Shown here one piece after another: positions 21,135 through 29,960 of a stretch of 64,000 bases of DNA (its first letter is position 1; each line of letters begins with the position of its first letter). The translations under genes were made by a program, and so were the position numbers. The stretch spans positions 1 through 64,000 of IMG/VR virus record IMGVR_UViG_3300049846_001717. One strand, written 5' to 3'. The stretch is from a virus. Under the pieces are notes generated by a model. The model made no database searches, was not told where the DNA came from, and saw nothing but the letters and a program-made list of their open reading frames with translations.

Positions 21135-22082
21135 TTAATTGTCAAGTGGTGACATGCCCAATCGAGCAAGATAGTGTCTTGCGTCTTCGTCAGTTTTCCA
21201 TCGGTCATCAGTCTTCCAATTAAAATCCGAGCGCATGTAATACGGCATGTCGTCGAGTGGCTGTGATGAACTAGATTCCGGCTCGATTATCGATTCGTGC
21301 GAAATCGCTTTCGGCGACAAAACAGGAGCGAGATCGCTCGCCAATTCTTTATTTCGAATTATGTTATAACCAAAAAACAAACAAATGCTAACCGGATCGA
21401 ACACTAACACAATAATTAGAATAAACCACTTAACCACCGTGTCCAATGGAATACCAAACGATTCGGCGACATAATAAAACGAACCAATCTTGCCGGCGGT
21501 ACTGATGCTGTTTCGAACGGTCAATGTGGCCAATGCCAACGAATCACGAGTCGCTGATAAGGTTGATAGCTGTTTTTGTATGTTGATCAGTTCTGCATCT
21601 TGTTCACGAATGATACGTTGTTGCGTAGTAATGCTACGACCATTCGCCAGCAACGAGTCCAGCCGATTTTCTTGCTGACCACGGGTGGTTTGTAGTTGTT
21701 GTGAACGAGACGATAGTCGTGCCATGGACTCTTCTATGCCGGTTCGTTGTGTCTCGTGCATGAGAATCGTGTTCTGTTTAGTTTGAATGTCTGCGGCGCC
21801 GGTGGCGTACGCACTGGACAGATACCCATAAATACCGACAGAGGTAATCCCCGTCAGAATCACCAGTCCCGCGACTAGGTAGTATCGAATCAATCGTGGA
21901 ATGTCCGACCAATATCGATAGAGCAAACTCACCGATATGATCTTACCCAATTCCAGTGACGTTGCCATGATGCCGGTAAGCAATACCGCACCAGTGAACA
22001 ATTGTGCAATGCCCGTGACCGAGAACGTAGCGGCGCATATGGCAATGAATACTGCGGTGAACAACACGACATATTTGAACAT
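21135..22082 (-). CDS. multi-TM coiled-coil membrane protein
   Basis: 3 N-terminal TMs, coiled coil, VLVFDP TM. Confidence 0.65.
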   Translation of the reverse strand: MFKYVVLFTAVFIAICAATFSVTGIAQLFTGAVLLTGIMATSLELGKIISVSLLYRYWSDIPRLIRYYLVAGLVILTGITSVGIYGYLSSAYATGAADIQTKQNTILMHETQRTGIEESMARLSSRSQQLQTTRGQQENRLDSLLANGRSITTQQRIIREQDAELINIQKQLSTLSATRDSLALATLTVRNSISTAGKIGSFYYVAESFGIPLDTVVKWFILIIVLVFDPVSICLFFGYNIIRNKELASDLAPVLSPKAISHESIIEPESSSSQPLDDMPYYMRSDFNWKTDDRWKTDEDARHYLARLGMSPLDN

Positions 22083-22161
22083 AAGTTCCCCATAAAGTCG
22101 AGGAGCCTAGCGATGCCAGGCTCCCCGGTACTATGATATAACCAGAATGATCACCTCCTGG

Positions 22162-22209
22162 TTAATATCTGTGCTTCACTATTCCTGAATCCGAAAAGAA
22201 CACGAACAT
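22162..22209 (-). other. putative 15-aa peptide MFVFFSDSGIVKHRY followed by AGGAGGTGATC
   Basis: GAGGT SD, ATG 22209, TAA 22162. Confidence 0.35.
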
Positions 22210-22315
22210 ACGTTACCTCATTGAATGTGTACATACTACACTGAGAACGTAGGCTCCTATGGTGAAAAGGTGAAACGACAATAGGAGTGCCGGTGATGGC
22301 ACTCCTATATACGTA

Positions 22316-22594
22316 TCATTTACTATTGTTTATCCGACTGATTATTTCTTTGAATTTCGTAAATTCTTCATCGGTCAGTGACGGCAGTTTCATCTTGACC
22401 GTCAACTTGATCTCACGATCAGATTTGGTGGGCGGCATTGGTTCTGGCGTAGCCGATCCCTCTCGACGTTGTTCTTTCGGTGGAAACGGCGTCTTCTGCG
22501 GCATCTCAACGGCTTCGATATTGTCGAATGAACTCAGGACTGTATCCCACAAACTATCAATCACTTCGCCAAGGTCACGGCGTTTATTCGTCAT
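22316..22594 (-). CDS. hypothetical protein
   Basis: ORF track. Confidence 0.55.
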   Translation of the reverse strand: MTNKRRDLGEVIDSLWDTVLSSFDNIEAVEMPQKTPFPPKEQRREGSATPEPMPPTKSDREIKLTVKMKLPSLTDEEFTKFKEIISRINNSK

Positions 22595-23291
22595 CGGTAG
22601 TGTTCTCCACAGTCAATGACTCCACGAATTCCTGCTTCATCGGGTCGCGTTCGATGGTGGCGCTCAAGTGGTCCGCCCAATGAATGACGTACGGCAGATT
22701 CGTGTGCATCGGAAACTTACCGTGATTCATCAGGTACGCCTTGTTGGCGTCATCATACAAGCCGTCTGAAAGCTTGATGGCGAGAGTTTCCTTGTGTGTT
22801 AAGGTGATGCCGTACTGTTGGAGAATGAACAGCGCGCCATCGGTCACCTTCATGAACGGCAGGCGTTCATTGTGTTTGTACATCGATCCCTGATTCTTTC
22901 GATGCCAGTCCGATTCTTCAATCAGATAGTAGGGTTCGCCGTTAGGCATCCCGAGCTTCCACAGGTCGTGATGTAATGCGGCCATGACCAATTCGGCCAT
23001 TGTATAGTCCAACCACCCACCCATCTTCCGCAGGGTCTTGGTATGTTCCAAGGCGGCGTCATGTACGTGCAAAACGTGCTCCAAATAGCCGCCGGGGAAC
23101 GCGTTGTGATAATGGGATCGACTGGAGGCCGGAGCCGTCAACAGACGATCGCCATAGTCTTCATACATCTTTGTAAGCTTGGCCAGTCGATCGGCGTCCT
23201 TTGCGAACGCATCGGCCATCAATTTGAAAAACCGTTCCTTTTGTTCTGCTATGAGTTCGGCTTCGGTTTTTTGCACTGTCTCGGTCATCAT
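22584..23291 (-). CDS. HD-domain phosphohydrolase (YhaM/Cbf1-like)
   Basis: APAS..HNAFPGGYLEHVL, LHHDLWK, HWADH. Confidence 0.82.
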   Translation of the reverse strand: MMTETVQKTEAELIAEQKERFFKLMADAFAKDADRLAKLTKMYEDYGDRLLTAPASSRSHYHNAFPGGYLEHVLHVHDAALEHTKTLRKMGGWLDYTMAELVMAALHHDLWKLGMPNGEPYYLIEESDWHRKNQGSMYKHNERLPFMKVTDGALFILQQYGITLTHKETLAIKLSDGLYDDANKAYLMNHGKFPMHTNLPYVIHWADHLSATIERDPMKQEFVESLTVENTTDDE

Positions 23292-23321
23292 ATCCTCAAT
23301 GTGAAAAATGCCTATAGATGA

Positions 23322-23350
23322 AAGCTATCTCATCTATAGGCATTTGGCAA
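23322..23350 (-). promoter_or_regulatory. sigma70-type promoter overlapped by 16-bp inverted repeat
   Basis: TTGCCA-17-TAGCTT. Confidence 0.55.
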
Positions 23351-23354
23351 GGGG

Positions 23355-23882
23355 TTAGAACTTCTCGTTTTTTCCGCGCTTGCTACCGGCACGGGACCAC
23401 AATTCGAAGATCGTCGGCACCAACGGCTTCTTTTTCAACGTCATGCCCGTTTCCTCCAGGAGCATGTCTGCCTTGAAATTGTTACACTTGGAGCACGCCG
23501 TGGTGACGTTTTCCCATACGTCCTTACCGTTCTTGGACTGTGGGATGATGTGGTCACGAGTGAGGAATTCACTGCTCTTCAATTGTGAACGGTGACGTCC
23601 ACAGTATTGACAGGTGTAGCCGTCACGAAGGAACAGGTTTCGCTGTGTCAGAATCGCCTTGATACGGTGTGTGGAACGACTCTTGACGAATTCCTTCAAC
23701 ACGATTTGTGTCGGAATCGGCCAAATGTCCTTAGCCGAGTGAATCACATGTTGTGGGTGTTCTTCGGTGATCGTCGCCTTACCTTCAAACACGAGAATCA
23801 ATCCACGCTTTGCCGAAACGACCGCTAACGGCTCGTAACTGGCATTCAGTACAGTACAACGAGTCGTGTCAAGAACAGACAT
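23355..23882 (-). CDS. HNH endonuclease (McrA-like)
   Basis: LNASYEPL, RDGYTCQYCG, DHIIP, CSKCN. Confidence 0.88.
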   Translation of the reverse strand: MSVLDTTRCTVLNASYEPLAVVSAKRGLILVFEGKATITEEHPQHVIHSAKDIWPIPTQIVLKEFVKSRSTHRIKAILTQRNLFLRDGYTCQYCGRHRSQLKSSEFLTRDHIIPQSKNGKDVWENVTTACSKCNNFKADMLLEETGMTLKKKPLVPTIFELWSRAGSKRGKNEKF

Positions 23883-23895
23883 ACATACCTCGAAC

Positions 23896-24333
23896 CTACA
23901 CAGTGTTATGAAGTTGCTGAATCAGGTCGCGACAGACGGTCGCGGATTCATAGTCTTCGATTTTGACGAAATATTCCATCATCAACTTCAAGTGATGTTC
24001 ATATCCCGGCTTAGTGAGTTGTGCAACTTTATCCGTGTTTCCGAACTGGAACAGTGGCAACGTCTCCATCTTGTTACGAATGGCACGTTTCATTTTCTTC
24101 AACACGTAATGATACACTAAATGCTTATTGTTTTCCGTGAAGGATGGCATCAACTGCGGATTGTCGAACGGCAATACAATGATGTGATGTCCACCGAGCA
24201 TTCGAGTCGTCGCTGATGCTCGCTTCGGCACGGACACTTTGGTACGTTGGATGTCAACCGTTGTTGCTTTGGGGGTGACCGGAACGGCACGACCAAAAAT
24301 CAAATCATGAATGAGCGTCCATAGATATTTCAT
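23896..24333 (-). CDS. hypothetical protein with C-terminal UVR-like motif
   Basis: EDYESATVCRDLI. Confidence 0.55.
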   Translation of the reverse strand: MKYLWTLIHDLIFGRAVPVTPKATTVDIQRTKVSVPKRASATTRMLGGHHIIVLPFDNPQLMPSFTENNKHLVYHYVLKKMKRAIRNKMETLPLFQFGNTDKVAQLTKPGYEHHLKLMMEYFVKIEDYESATVCRDLIQQLHNTV

Positions 24334-24553
24334 TTGTCATTCTCCCGCGATGACTTTGGATCGCCAACGCTTGATATTCGATAAGTCGAGCTAAATCATC
24401 GTGGAGAATAGGCACTACTTCGGCAGGCAACTGTTGTTCGTACAATGCAACATATTGTCGAGCCGTCTCTAATTGATCCACGGTAGTACAACTACGAATA
24501 ACCTTACATACATCCGGGTATGAACCGATTAAATCCGTTTCTGGATTTGTCAT
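24305..24553 (-). CDS. hypothetical protein
   Basis: AGGAG SD before MTNPET. Confidence 0.5.
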   Translation of the reverse strand: MTNPETDLIGSYPDVCKVIRSCTTVDQLETARQYVALYEQQLPAEVVPILHDDLARLIEYQALAIQSHRGRMTNEISMDAHS

Positions 24554-24564
24554 ACGGTCTCCTG

Positions 24565-24816
24565 TTATACGATCTCCACCGACGCCCAATTCGTGGACGG
24601 GGGTACACGGAGTTCGTGTTTTTGACACAACCGATCGATCTGGTCAATGACTTTTTTGTAATCTGCGGGGTCGTATTGATACTTCTCAGGATGTTCAATA
24701 ACAGCCTGTACTGCACGAATCAACATTACCAGAGTTTGATAGTCTACGAGTTCATCGTTCGCGTCTTTAATTGCGGTTTGGCATTCTGTCACTCGGTCTG
24801 ATATTTTGAGTTCCAT
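24565..24816 (-). CDS. hypothetical protein
   Basis: ORF track. Confidence 0.55.
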   Translation of the reverse strand: MELKISDRVTECQTAIKDANDELVDYQTLVMLIRAVQAVIEHPEKYQYDPADYKKVIDQIDRLCQKHELRVPPSTNWASVEIV

Positions 24817-24841
24817 GCGTATCTACCTGTGTCAAAGTGAA

Positions 24842-25194
24842 TGGATCCGGGCGGAATCGAACCGCCGTCCGAAATACCGTACTAACAGTATCTTCTCCGT
24901 GCGCAGATGGGTGTCTTATTTCGGTGTACGATGTCACACTCATCGAAGCCATCGTACACCTAGTTCATAAGGCATTCATACGATATGAACGTCTCGTATG
25001 AATTTACTCATCTATCGGTTTCCCGTTCCGTCAATTCAGTACGATGAGAGAACTGAACGAGGATTCGCATACTCTTAAGCAGCGAGAGGAAGTGCTGTGT
25101 TTGCACTTGAATTTTTGACGACAGTTACGGATGTACGTCCTTTCCGGCACGCTTCATTCTGTGTTCGTGTTTCCGTCGAAACCAGGTCGGACCC
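24842..25194 (-). ncRNA. ssrA: tmRNA, tag (A)ANTALPLAA*
   Basis: 5' GGGTCCG..GGTTTCGAC, 3' GGCGGTTCGATTCCGCC-CGGATCC-A, G3:U pair, tag ending LAA-TAA; no encoded CCA. Confidence 0.93.
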
Positions 25195-25505
25195 TAACGT
25201 TTTACTGCAAAACTTCGATCTACCAATGCATCCAATGCGGCTACAATTGATGGTTTGGATCGATTGCTGGGATGCAACATCTTGCGTTCGTACCGCCACA
25301 CCAGTTCACAGATTTCATCCACCGTCATCCATTTACGAGAGTTGAGTGCACGGAGAATGTCACCATGTTGTTTTGCTACTTCTAGATAAATAGCGGGCTT
25401 GATGTTCGGGCGGATGGTGCCGCTCGCAGTATACACATTGAGTCTATACTGCGAGTCGGCCACTGACCTCTGTACATCGATTGTGATGTTGATTTCTGTT
25501 GTCAT
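25194..25505 (-). CDS. hypothetical protein
   Basis: ORF with GGAG SD. Confidence 0.55.
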   Translation of the reverse strand: MTTEINITIDVQRSVADSQYRLNVYTASGTIRPNIKPAIYLEVAKQHGDILRALNSRKWMTVDEICELVWRYERKMLHPSNRSKPSIVAALDALVDRSFAVKR

Positions 25506-25529
25506 ATCTGCTCCGACTATACATAGTCA

Positions 25530-26210
25530 TTACACGTACCGTACTTGGTAAATGTCAAGAATGTATGCATTTTCGGCGAACTGAATGTCCCGGTGCATAT
25601 GACCGCAGATCATCGCGGGTTTGTCCAAACGATTCCACACATCTTCCACGATGACACCGTTTGGATCCGTCCAATCAACCGGCACACCAAAATCCAACTT
25701 GGTCATGGGGTCAAAATACTTACGAATGACCCAATTCGGTGGAATGTGCGTCACCAACAAATCAACCTTGGGATTGCCCATCTTGTTCAAATTCTCGAAC
25801 AGTCGGTCCCGTTCTTCCGGTTGAATATCTTCCCGCGCGTCCCAGTGCCAGCCGTTCTTGAGTCGGTCGGCCTTATCAATAGACGAGGCGCCTCCGAGGA
25901 ACGCAACCACACGACCATCCAATTCCATCACCGTGCCACGAGGCACGTAGAACAAGTTGGGTGCGATTTCCGATACTTCTTGTAGATGATAGAAGTTTTG
26001 AAAATACTCATGATTGCCATCTACGAAATACACACGCTTCTTGAGCGGATTCTTTTGCAGAAAGACAAGATCTGATAATTTAAATCCCAAATCGCCTACT
26101 TGGATACAACTGAGATCGTTGTTTCCACCATTTACGTCGTTGACCGCGTCCACGATACCAGACAACACCCGTACATTACCGTGAATATCACCGATACCAA
26201 CCAATGCCAT
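25530..26210 (-). CDS. calcineurin-like metallophosphoesterase
   Basis: GDIHG, GDLG, DGNHE, THIPP, GHMH. Confidence 0.88.
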   Translation of the reverse strand: MALVGIGDIHGNVRVLSGIVDAVNDVNGGNNDLSCIQVGDLGFKLSDLVFLQKNPLKKRVYFVDGNHEYFQNFYHLQEVSEIAPNLFYVPRGTVMELDGRVVAFLGGASSIDKADRLKNGWHWDAREDIQPEERDRLFENLNKMGNPKVDLLVTHIPPNWVIRKYFDPMTKLDFGVPVDWTDPNGVIVEDVWNRLDKPAMICGHMHRDIQFAENAYILDIYQVRYV

Positions 26211-26220
26211 ATAACCTCCA

Positions 26221-26255
26221 AAAAATAAACCCATCGACGGGAGTGCCAATGGGTT
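26221..26255 (-). terminator. intrinsic terminator at end of tRNA region
   Basis: AACCCATTGGC-loop-GTCGATGGGTT + TATTTTT. Confidence 0.6.
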
Positions 26256-26263
26256 ACGAGTAA

Positions 26264-26350
26264 CGGAAAGTAAGAGATTCGAACTCTTGATCCCTTTAGA
26301 GGGGACACACCGTTTTCAAGACGGGCTCCTAGACCAACCGGACACTTTCC
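26264..26350 (-). tRNA. tRNA-Ser(TGA)
   Basis: Cloverleaf, long V arm, G73. Confidence 0.9.
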
Positions 26351-26431
26351 AAGTATATGTAACCTTCATTCTACTTTGTCATTCTACATGCAAGATTGCT
26401 CCATTTGGGTAATCACCGTAATCTACTCTAT

Positions 26432-27124
26432 TCAACCTTTGTTGGCAAGTAGCTTGTCCAACCGCCACCAGTACGTTTGATATTCGCCCTTAATTTGCAA
26501 CTTCTGCTTGAACAACGGATAGTCGGCGGCGTACTTATCGTTCTTTTCGCCTTCCGTTGCGTTGGCCAATCGATCACAGAGCTTTACGAATACAGCTTCA
26601 CGATCGGTATTAATTCGATCATAATAGCTGGTATTGGATTCCTTCGGTCGTTTGGTTACAAGGTCAACGATGTGTGCCACTTTTGGACCAAATTGTTTTT
26701 CCAATTGTTCCTTAGTGATGGATGTATCTTCCAACACATCATGCAACAATGCGGCCTGTCGTGACGCTGTTGTGCCGCCCTGTGCTAGTTGAAATACTTT
26801 GAGCAAATGATATTTGTATGGCTTATTTCCATACATCTGATCGCCATGGGCTCTGAGCGCAAAGTTGAGAGCCGACCCATAGTTTTGCTGTAGGTGACTG
26901 TCCGGAGCTTTCCCGGCTCGTCCTGATCTACCCGATGATCTATGTTGTGGATGATCGGGGTCCGTTTCTTTATCAAAGATATACTCTAACTTCCCATCCA
27001 CCGTTCGGGCCACGATCTCACCAGATGAATTGGCCCAATAACCCCACCCCTTACTGATCAAGCCACGCTTTTTAGCCTCGTCGCTGGCAGTAGATTCATT
27101 GAATATTTCAAGTAGTAGGATCAT
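26432..27124 (-). CDS. RelA/SpoT-type HD hydrolase (small alarmone hydrolase/Mesh1-like) with N-terminal extension
   Basis: AHGDQ..PYKYHL, LLHDVLEDT, VKLCDRLAN. Confidence 0.8.
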   Translation of the reverse strand: MILLLEIFNESTASDEAKKRGLISKGWGYWANSSGEIVARTVDGKLEYIFDKETDPDHPQHRSSGRSGRAGKAPDSHLQQNYGSALNFALRAHGDQMYGNKPYKYHLLKVFQLAQGGTTASRQAALLHDVLEDTSITKEQLEKQFGPKVAHIVDLVTKRPKESNTSYYDRINTDREAVFVKLCDRLANATEGEKNDKYAADYPLFKQKLQIKGEYQTYWWRLDKLLANKG

Positions 27125-27145
27125 GCGATTCTCTATTCGATTAAA

Positions 27146-27228
27146 CGGAATGCCAGGGAATCGAACCCTGTTGTCCTTGCGGACGTACCTCGGTTCCAGC
27201 GAGGCTCCTAGCCAATCGGTTACATTCC
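27146..27228 (-). tRNA. tRNA-Ser(GGA)
   Basis: Cloverleaf, long V arm. Confidence 0.9.
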
Positions 27229-27344
27229 AACGCGTTCACCTTTACCCATGACCATCGAGGTCATTTCACCCCATTCTATTCATGCACGCCCAACTAACGG
27301 TCCTAAGTTCGAATGGTATGGAACGCAAGGTATCTATAAATAGG

Positions 27345-27632
27345 TTACTTGGATGCTTTCGCCGCTCGCAAATCCATATCCTTCTGGATCATGGAGGCAA
27401 GGGCGAAAATACAGCCAACCGCAACGTCCATCAGTTCGTTGCCTGTTTCGATGGGGTCGTTCTGCTTGACAGCATCCATCAGTTCGAAATATTCTTCGGT
27501 GATGATGCCAAGTGATTCGTGGCTACTGATATACGCGCCGGTGCCATGCTTTTCGATCTTCTGGCCTAGTGCAACGGTCGCGGCTTCAATCGCCTTGAGT
27601 AGAGCGTCATCAGATACTTTCGGTCGTTCCAT
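27345..27632 (-). CDS. MazG-like NTP pyrophosphohydrolase
   Basis: EEYFEL...ELMDVA acidic motif; start MERPK. Confidence 0.55.
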   Translation of the reverse strand: MERPKVSDDALLKAIEAATVALGQKIEKHGTGAYISSHESLGIITEEYFELMDAVKQNDPIETGNELMDVAVGCIFALASMIQKDMDLRAAKASK

Positions 27633-28062
27633 GTGTAACCTCGGGTGTGGGCCAGACATACGGGAGGTCGTCTGGCATGTTTTTGAAATACTTGGAGTAG
27701 TGCTTGAAATCCTTTCGGAGCAGATTGGACTTGTGTGAACGATGTAGCGGCTTTCGGGGGCCGATCCACGGCGGGAAGCCAGTGAAATTCCGAGACACTC
27801 GAGCTTGGAAATACGGCAACAGGCTGTCGTTGTAGCCGCGGCGCCGCCATTCCAAACAGATATACATGCCGTACAGTGCCAACGCACCTTCGTAACCGGT
27901 CCACATCTTGACGGCAGGGTGGTTGCGCCAGCCCTTGGTCTGCGTCTCGTTCAGTAGGATTTGTAGGATCTGCTTGGCTTCAACACGTTGCTTGCCAAGC
28001 CGGCGGTAGTCGAGGACACGGGCCGTGCGCTCGAAATCGGGATATGGAAGGAATGTCTGCAT
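27610..28062 (-). CDS. pyrimidine-dimer DNA glycosylase/EndoV-like protein
   Basis: MQTFLPY..LDYRRLGKQRVEAKQI..HPAVKMW. Confidence 0.85.
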   Translation of the reverse strand: MQTFLPYPDFERTARVLDYRRLGKQRVEAKQILQILLNETQTKGWRNHPAVKMWTGYEGALALYGMYICLEWRRRGYNDSLLPYFQARVSRNFTGFPPWIGPRKPLHRSHKSNLLRKDFKHYSKYFKNMPDDLPYVWPTPEVTHGTTESI

Positions 28063-28068
28063 ACCCGT

Positions 28069-28097
28069 AAACTAACCTTTCGGCACGCGCCTGGCAA
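28069..28097 (-). promoter_or_regulatory. sigma70-type promoter
   Basis: TTGCCA-17-TAGTTT. Confidence 0.45.
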
Positions 28098-28136
28098 CCC
28101 TCCGGCACGCGCCAGGCTTGCGTCTGGCCGTCTAAA

Positions 28137-28210
28137 AACCCCCGGTGGGACTCGAACCCACATCTCCTGTTACGGTGGCCCGTTTAGGAAACGGGACCGA
28201 TACGGGGGGC
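28137..28210 (-). tRNA. non-canonical tRNA-Arg(CCT), no 5' D arm
   Basis: Acceptor, CCCGT-TTCCTAA-ACGGG, GTGGG-TTCGAGT-CCCAC; 7-nt linker replaces D arm. Confidence 0.7.
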
Positions 28211-28216
28211 AACTGT

Positions 28217-28429
28217 TTATCGAGGGTCGGTGTTGTTTTTGAACGCGTGGATTGCGATCTCGGCCTCCCACAACTTGTTTTCTACGTGTTCATCGTATGG
28301 ATATCCGTTTTGCTTCTTCGATTCATCCAACCAATATCGATACGAGTCGATTAGAACTCGTAGGATAGCTTTGGACTGAGGCGATTTAACCGACGCCTCT
28401 ATTGCGTCCAGTTCGTCATAACTGATCAT
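28217..28429 (-). CDS. hypothetical protein
   Basis: ORF track. Confidence 0.5.
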   Translation of the reverse strand: MISYDELDAIEASVKSPQSKAILRVLIDSYRYWLDESKKQNGYPYDEHVENKLWEAEIAIHAFKNNTDPR

Positions 28430-28659
28430 GTGATACGTGCCTCAGACTTGCCGTTGACGGTGATGATTTCGAGCGTGCCCTTGAACTTGATACTACCCTT
28501 CGTGTGAGGGTTATCCGGCGTTTCCTTCGTAGAAAACCCGACCTGTGAATCTACATGCCACACGTAATGAGTTTGGCCCTTGTGTTTGATGACCCACGGA
28601 GGAATGCCCTACGGATCAGTGATATGAGCCTTGTTGAAATGAAAGACGATGGTATCCAT
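28426..28659 (-). CDS. 77-codon phage protein with in-frame TAG (28609-28611)
   Basis: MDTIVFHFNKAHITDP*GIPPWVIKHKGQTHYVWHVDSQVGFSTKETPDNPHTKGSIKFKG...; fills gap exactly, ATGA overlap downstream. Confidence 0.65.
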
Positions 28660-28660
28660 G

Positions 28661-28840
28661 TTACTTAGTGTCCAATTTATTAGCCAATGTTTTTAACTTT
28701 CTAAGAGCAGATTTATACTTCGTCACAGCAAGTTTCCATTCAGGGGATGAATATGTTCCACGTCGATAGGCATTTCCCCATTCATCAAGAATATTTTCCA
28801 TTTCATTCATTATAACATCATTTTTGTTAAGATTTTTCAT
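28661..28840 (-). CDS. hypothetical protein
   Basis: ORF, AT-rich segment. Confidence 0.5.
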   Translation of the reverse strand: MKNLNKNDVIMNEMENILDEWGNAYRRGTYSSPEWKLAVTKYKSALRKLKTLANKLDTK

Positions 28841-29061
28841 TACCACTCCTCGTATGAGGTAACATCCAATGTTTCATTGGTTAATGCATCATGAATTTTA
28901 ACAATGGTTCCCAAGCCAGTAGGCGTAAAACTATAAGTAAATCTACCACCAGCGGCACCGGTGCGGCGCGATATCTTCTTTTCTTTAATTATCGTATCCA
29001 AAAATTCTACCCACTTTTCAATTTTTGGAGCGGCATCAAGTGGTATATTAAATAGAGTCAT
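28840..29061 (-). CDS. hypothetical protein
   Basis: GGRFTYSFTPTGLG..LDVTSYEEW. Confidence 0.6.
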   Translation of the reverse strand: MTLFNIPLDAAPKIEKWVEFLDTIIKEKKISRRTGAAGGRFTYSFTPTGLGTIVKIHDALTNETLDVTSYEEW

Positions 29062-29417
29062 TTCACAAGTGATAGATGTTTAAGTGCTTTTGCCTCTTCT
29101 CGGGTCAATGGACCGATACCAAGTGCAGTCATAATAGGGTTGCCATCAAAGTGAGGAGGCATAACATGGCCAGAATCAATGATGAGACTGTGTGGCCACC
29201 CATTGGCCTTCGCCAGTTTGACCAAGGCACGTATATCGGTGACAGAGCCTTCTAGAGTGACCTTCGTACCCAATCCACCCTTCTGATAGAGCCTGGCACG
29301 CCTGGGATTGAGTTGAACACACTCCAAATACGAATTAAGGAAAGCGTGACCCGCTTGAGCGGCCAGCTTTCCTGTCGGCATGTGTAAATCTTTACGAACT
29401 ATGGCATAGAGCTTCAT
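29058..29417 (-). CDS. peptidyl-tRNA hydrolase, Pth2 family
   Basis: VRKDLHM..GKLAAQAGHA, KVTL, IIDSG, TALGIGP. Confidence 0.88.
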   Translation of the reverse strand: MKLYAIVRKDLHMPTGKLAAQAGHAFLNSYLECVQLNPRRARLYQKGGLGTKVTLEGSVTDIRALVKLAKANGWPHSLIIDSGHVMPPHFDGNPIMTALGIGPLTREEAKALKHLSLVK

Positions 29418-29530
29418 GTTGACTTCATCTTCCTAGAACATATTATTTGGTCTTTTTGTTATGGGTTTTAGCGTGTTTTAACGCTTGTTTCATGGACTTC
29501 ATGAGTTCTTTAAATAGTTTCTTTTTCATA

Positions 29531-29602
29531 AGCTCGTGGCGAGGCTTGAACTCGCTTCTTTCGTTTTAGAGACGAAGGCACCGGCCGATATACCACACGA
29601 GC
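29531..29602 (-). tRNA. amber suppressor tRNA (CTA)
   Basis: Full cloverleaf, TTCGT-CTCTAAA-ACGAA, U73. Confidence 0.85.
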
Positions 29603-29618
29603 GTTTTCAAAATAATAG

Positions 29619-29691
29619 TGCTCACGGAAAGGATCGAACTTTCTGTCTCTACTATGTCAAAGTAGCGTGTTAGCCGGTACACCACGCGAGC
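29619..29691 (-). tRNA. tRNA-Val(GAC)
   Basis: Cloverleaf. Confidence 0.88.
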
Positions 29692-29771
29692 GATCGAGAG
29701 TTCACGAAATTTAACGTTCTTGGTACTCACAACTTTCTTTACGAACGTATAATCTGTGCACAGATTATAAG

Positions 29772-29858
29772 AGGATCGGACAGGATTCGAACCTGTGATT
29801 AAGTCTTTCGACTATATGGTTTTGCAGACCATTGCGTTGGCCACTTCGCTACCGATCC
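29772..29858 (-). tRNA. tRNA-Cys(GCA) with long variable arm
   Basis: U73; V arm AGTC-GAAA-GACT. Confidence 0.85.
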
Positions 29859-29863
29859 AAAAG

Positions 29864-29956
29864 AGCGATTTCCTGAGTCGAACAGGTCTTCGTACCTGGA
29901 GGGGTACGCGTGCTGATGGATCATCTTGCGACAACCCGCCGTTACACTAAAACCGC
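29864..29956 (-). tRNA. atypical tRNA-Gly-like (8-nt anticodon loop, hairpin in D loop)
   Basis: GCG/CGC acceptor, U73; loop CCCTCCAG. Confidence 0.6.
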
Positions 29957-29960
29957 AAAT

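Noticed and set aside
22149-22159. 16S rRNA fragment (GATCACCTCCT)
   Set aside because: Only 11 nt match; no flanking rRNA sequence
25075-25299. 74-aa ORF ending ANTALPLAA
   Set aside because: It is the tmRNA tag reading frame, not an independent gene
29531-29602. tRNA-Pyl or tRNA-Sec
   Set aside because: Normal cloverleaf without Pyl/Sec hallmarks; no pyl or sel genes in the window
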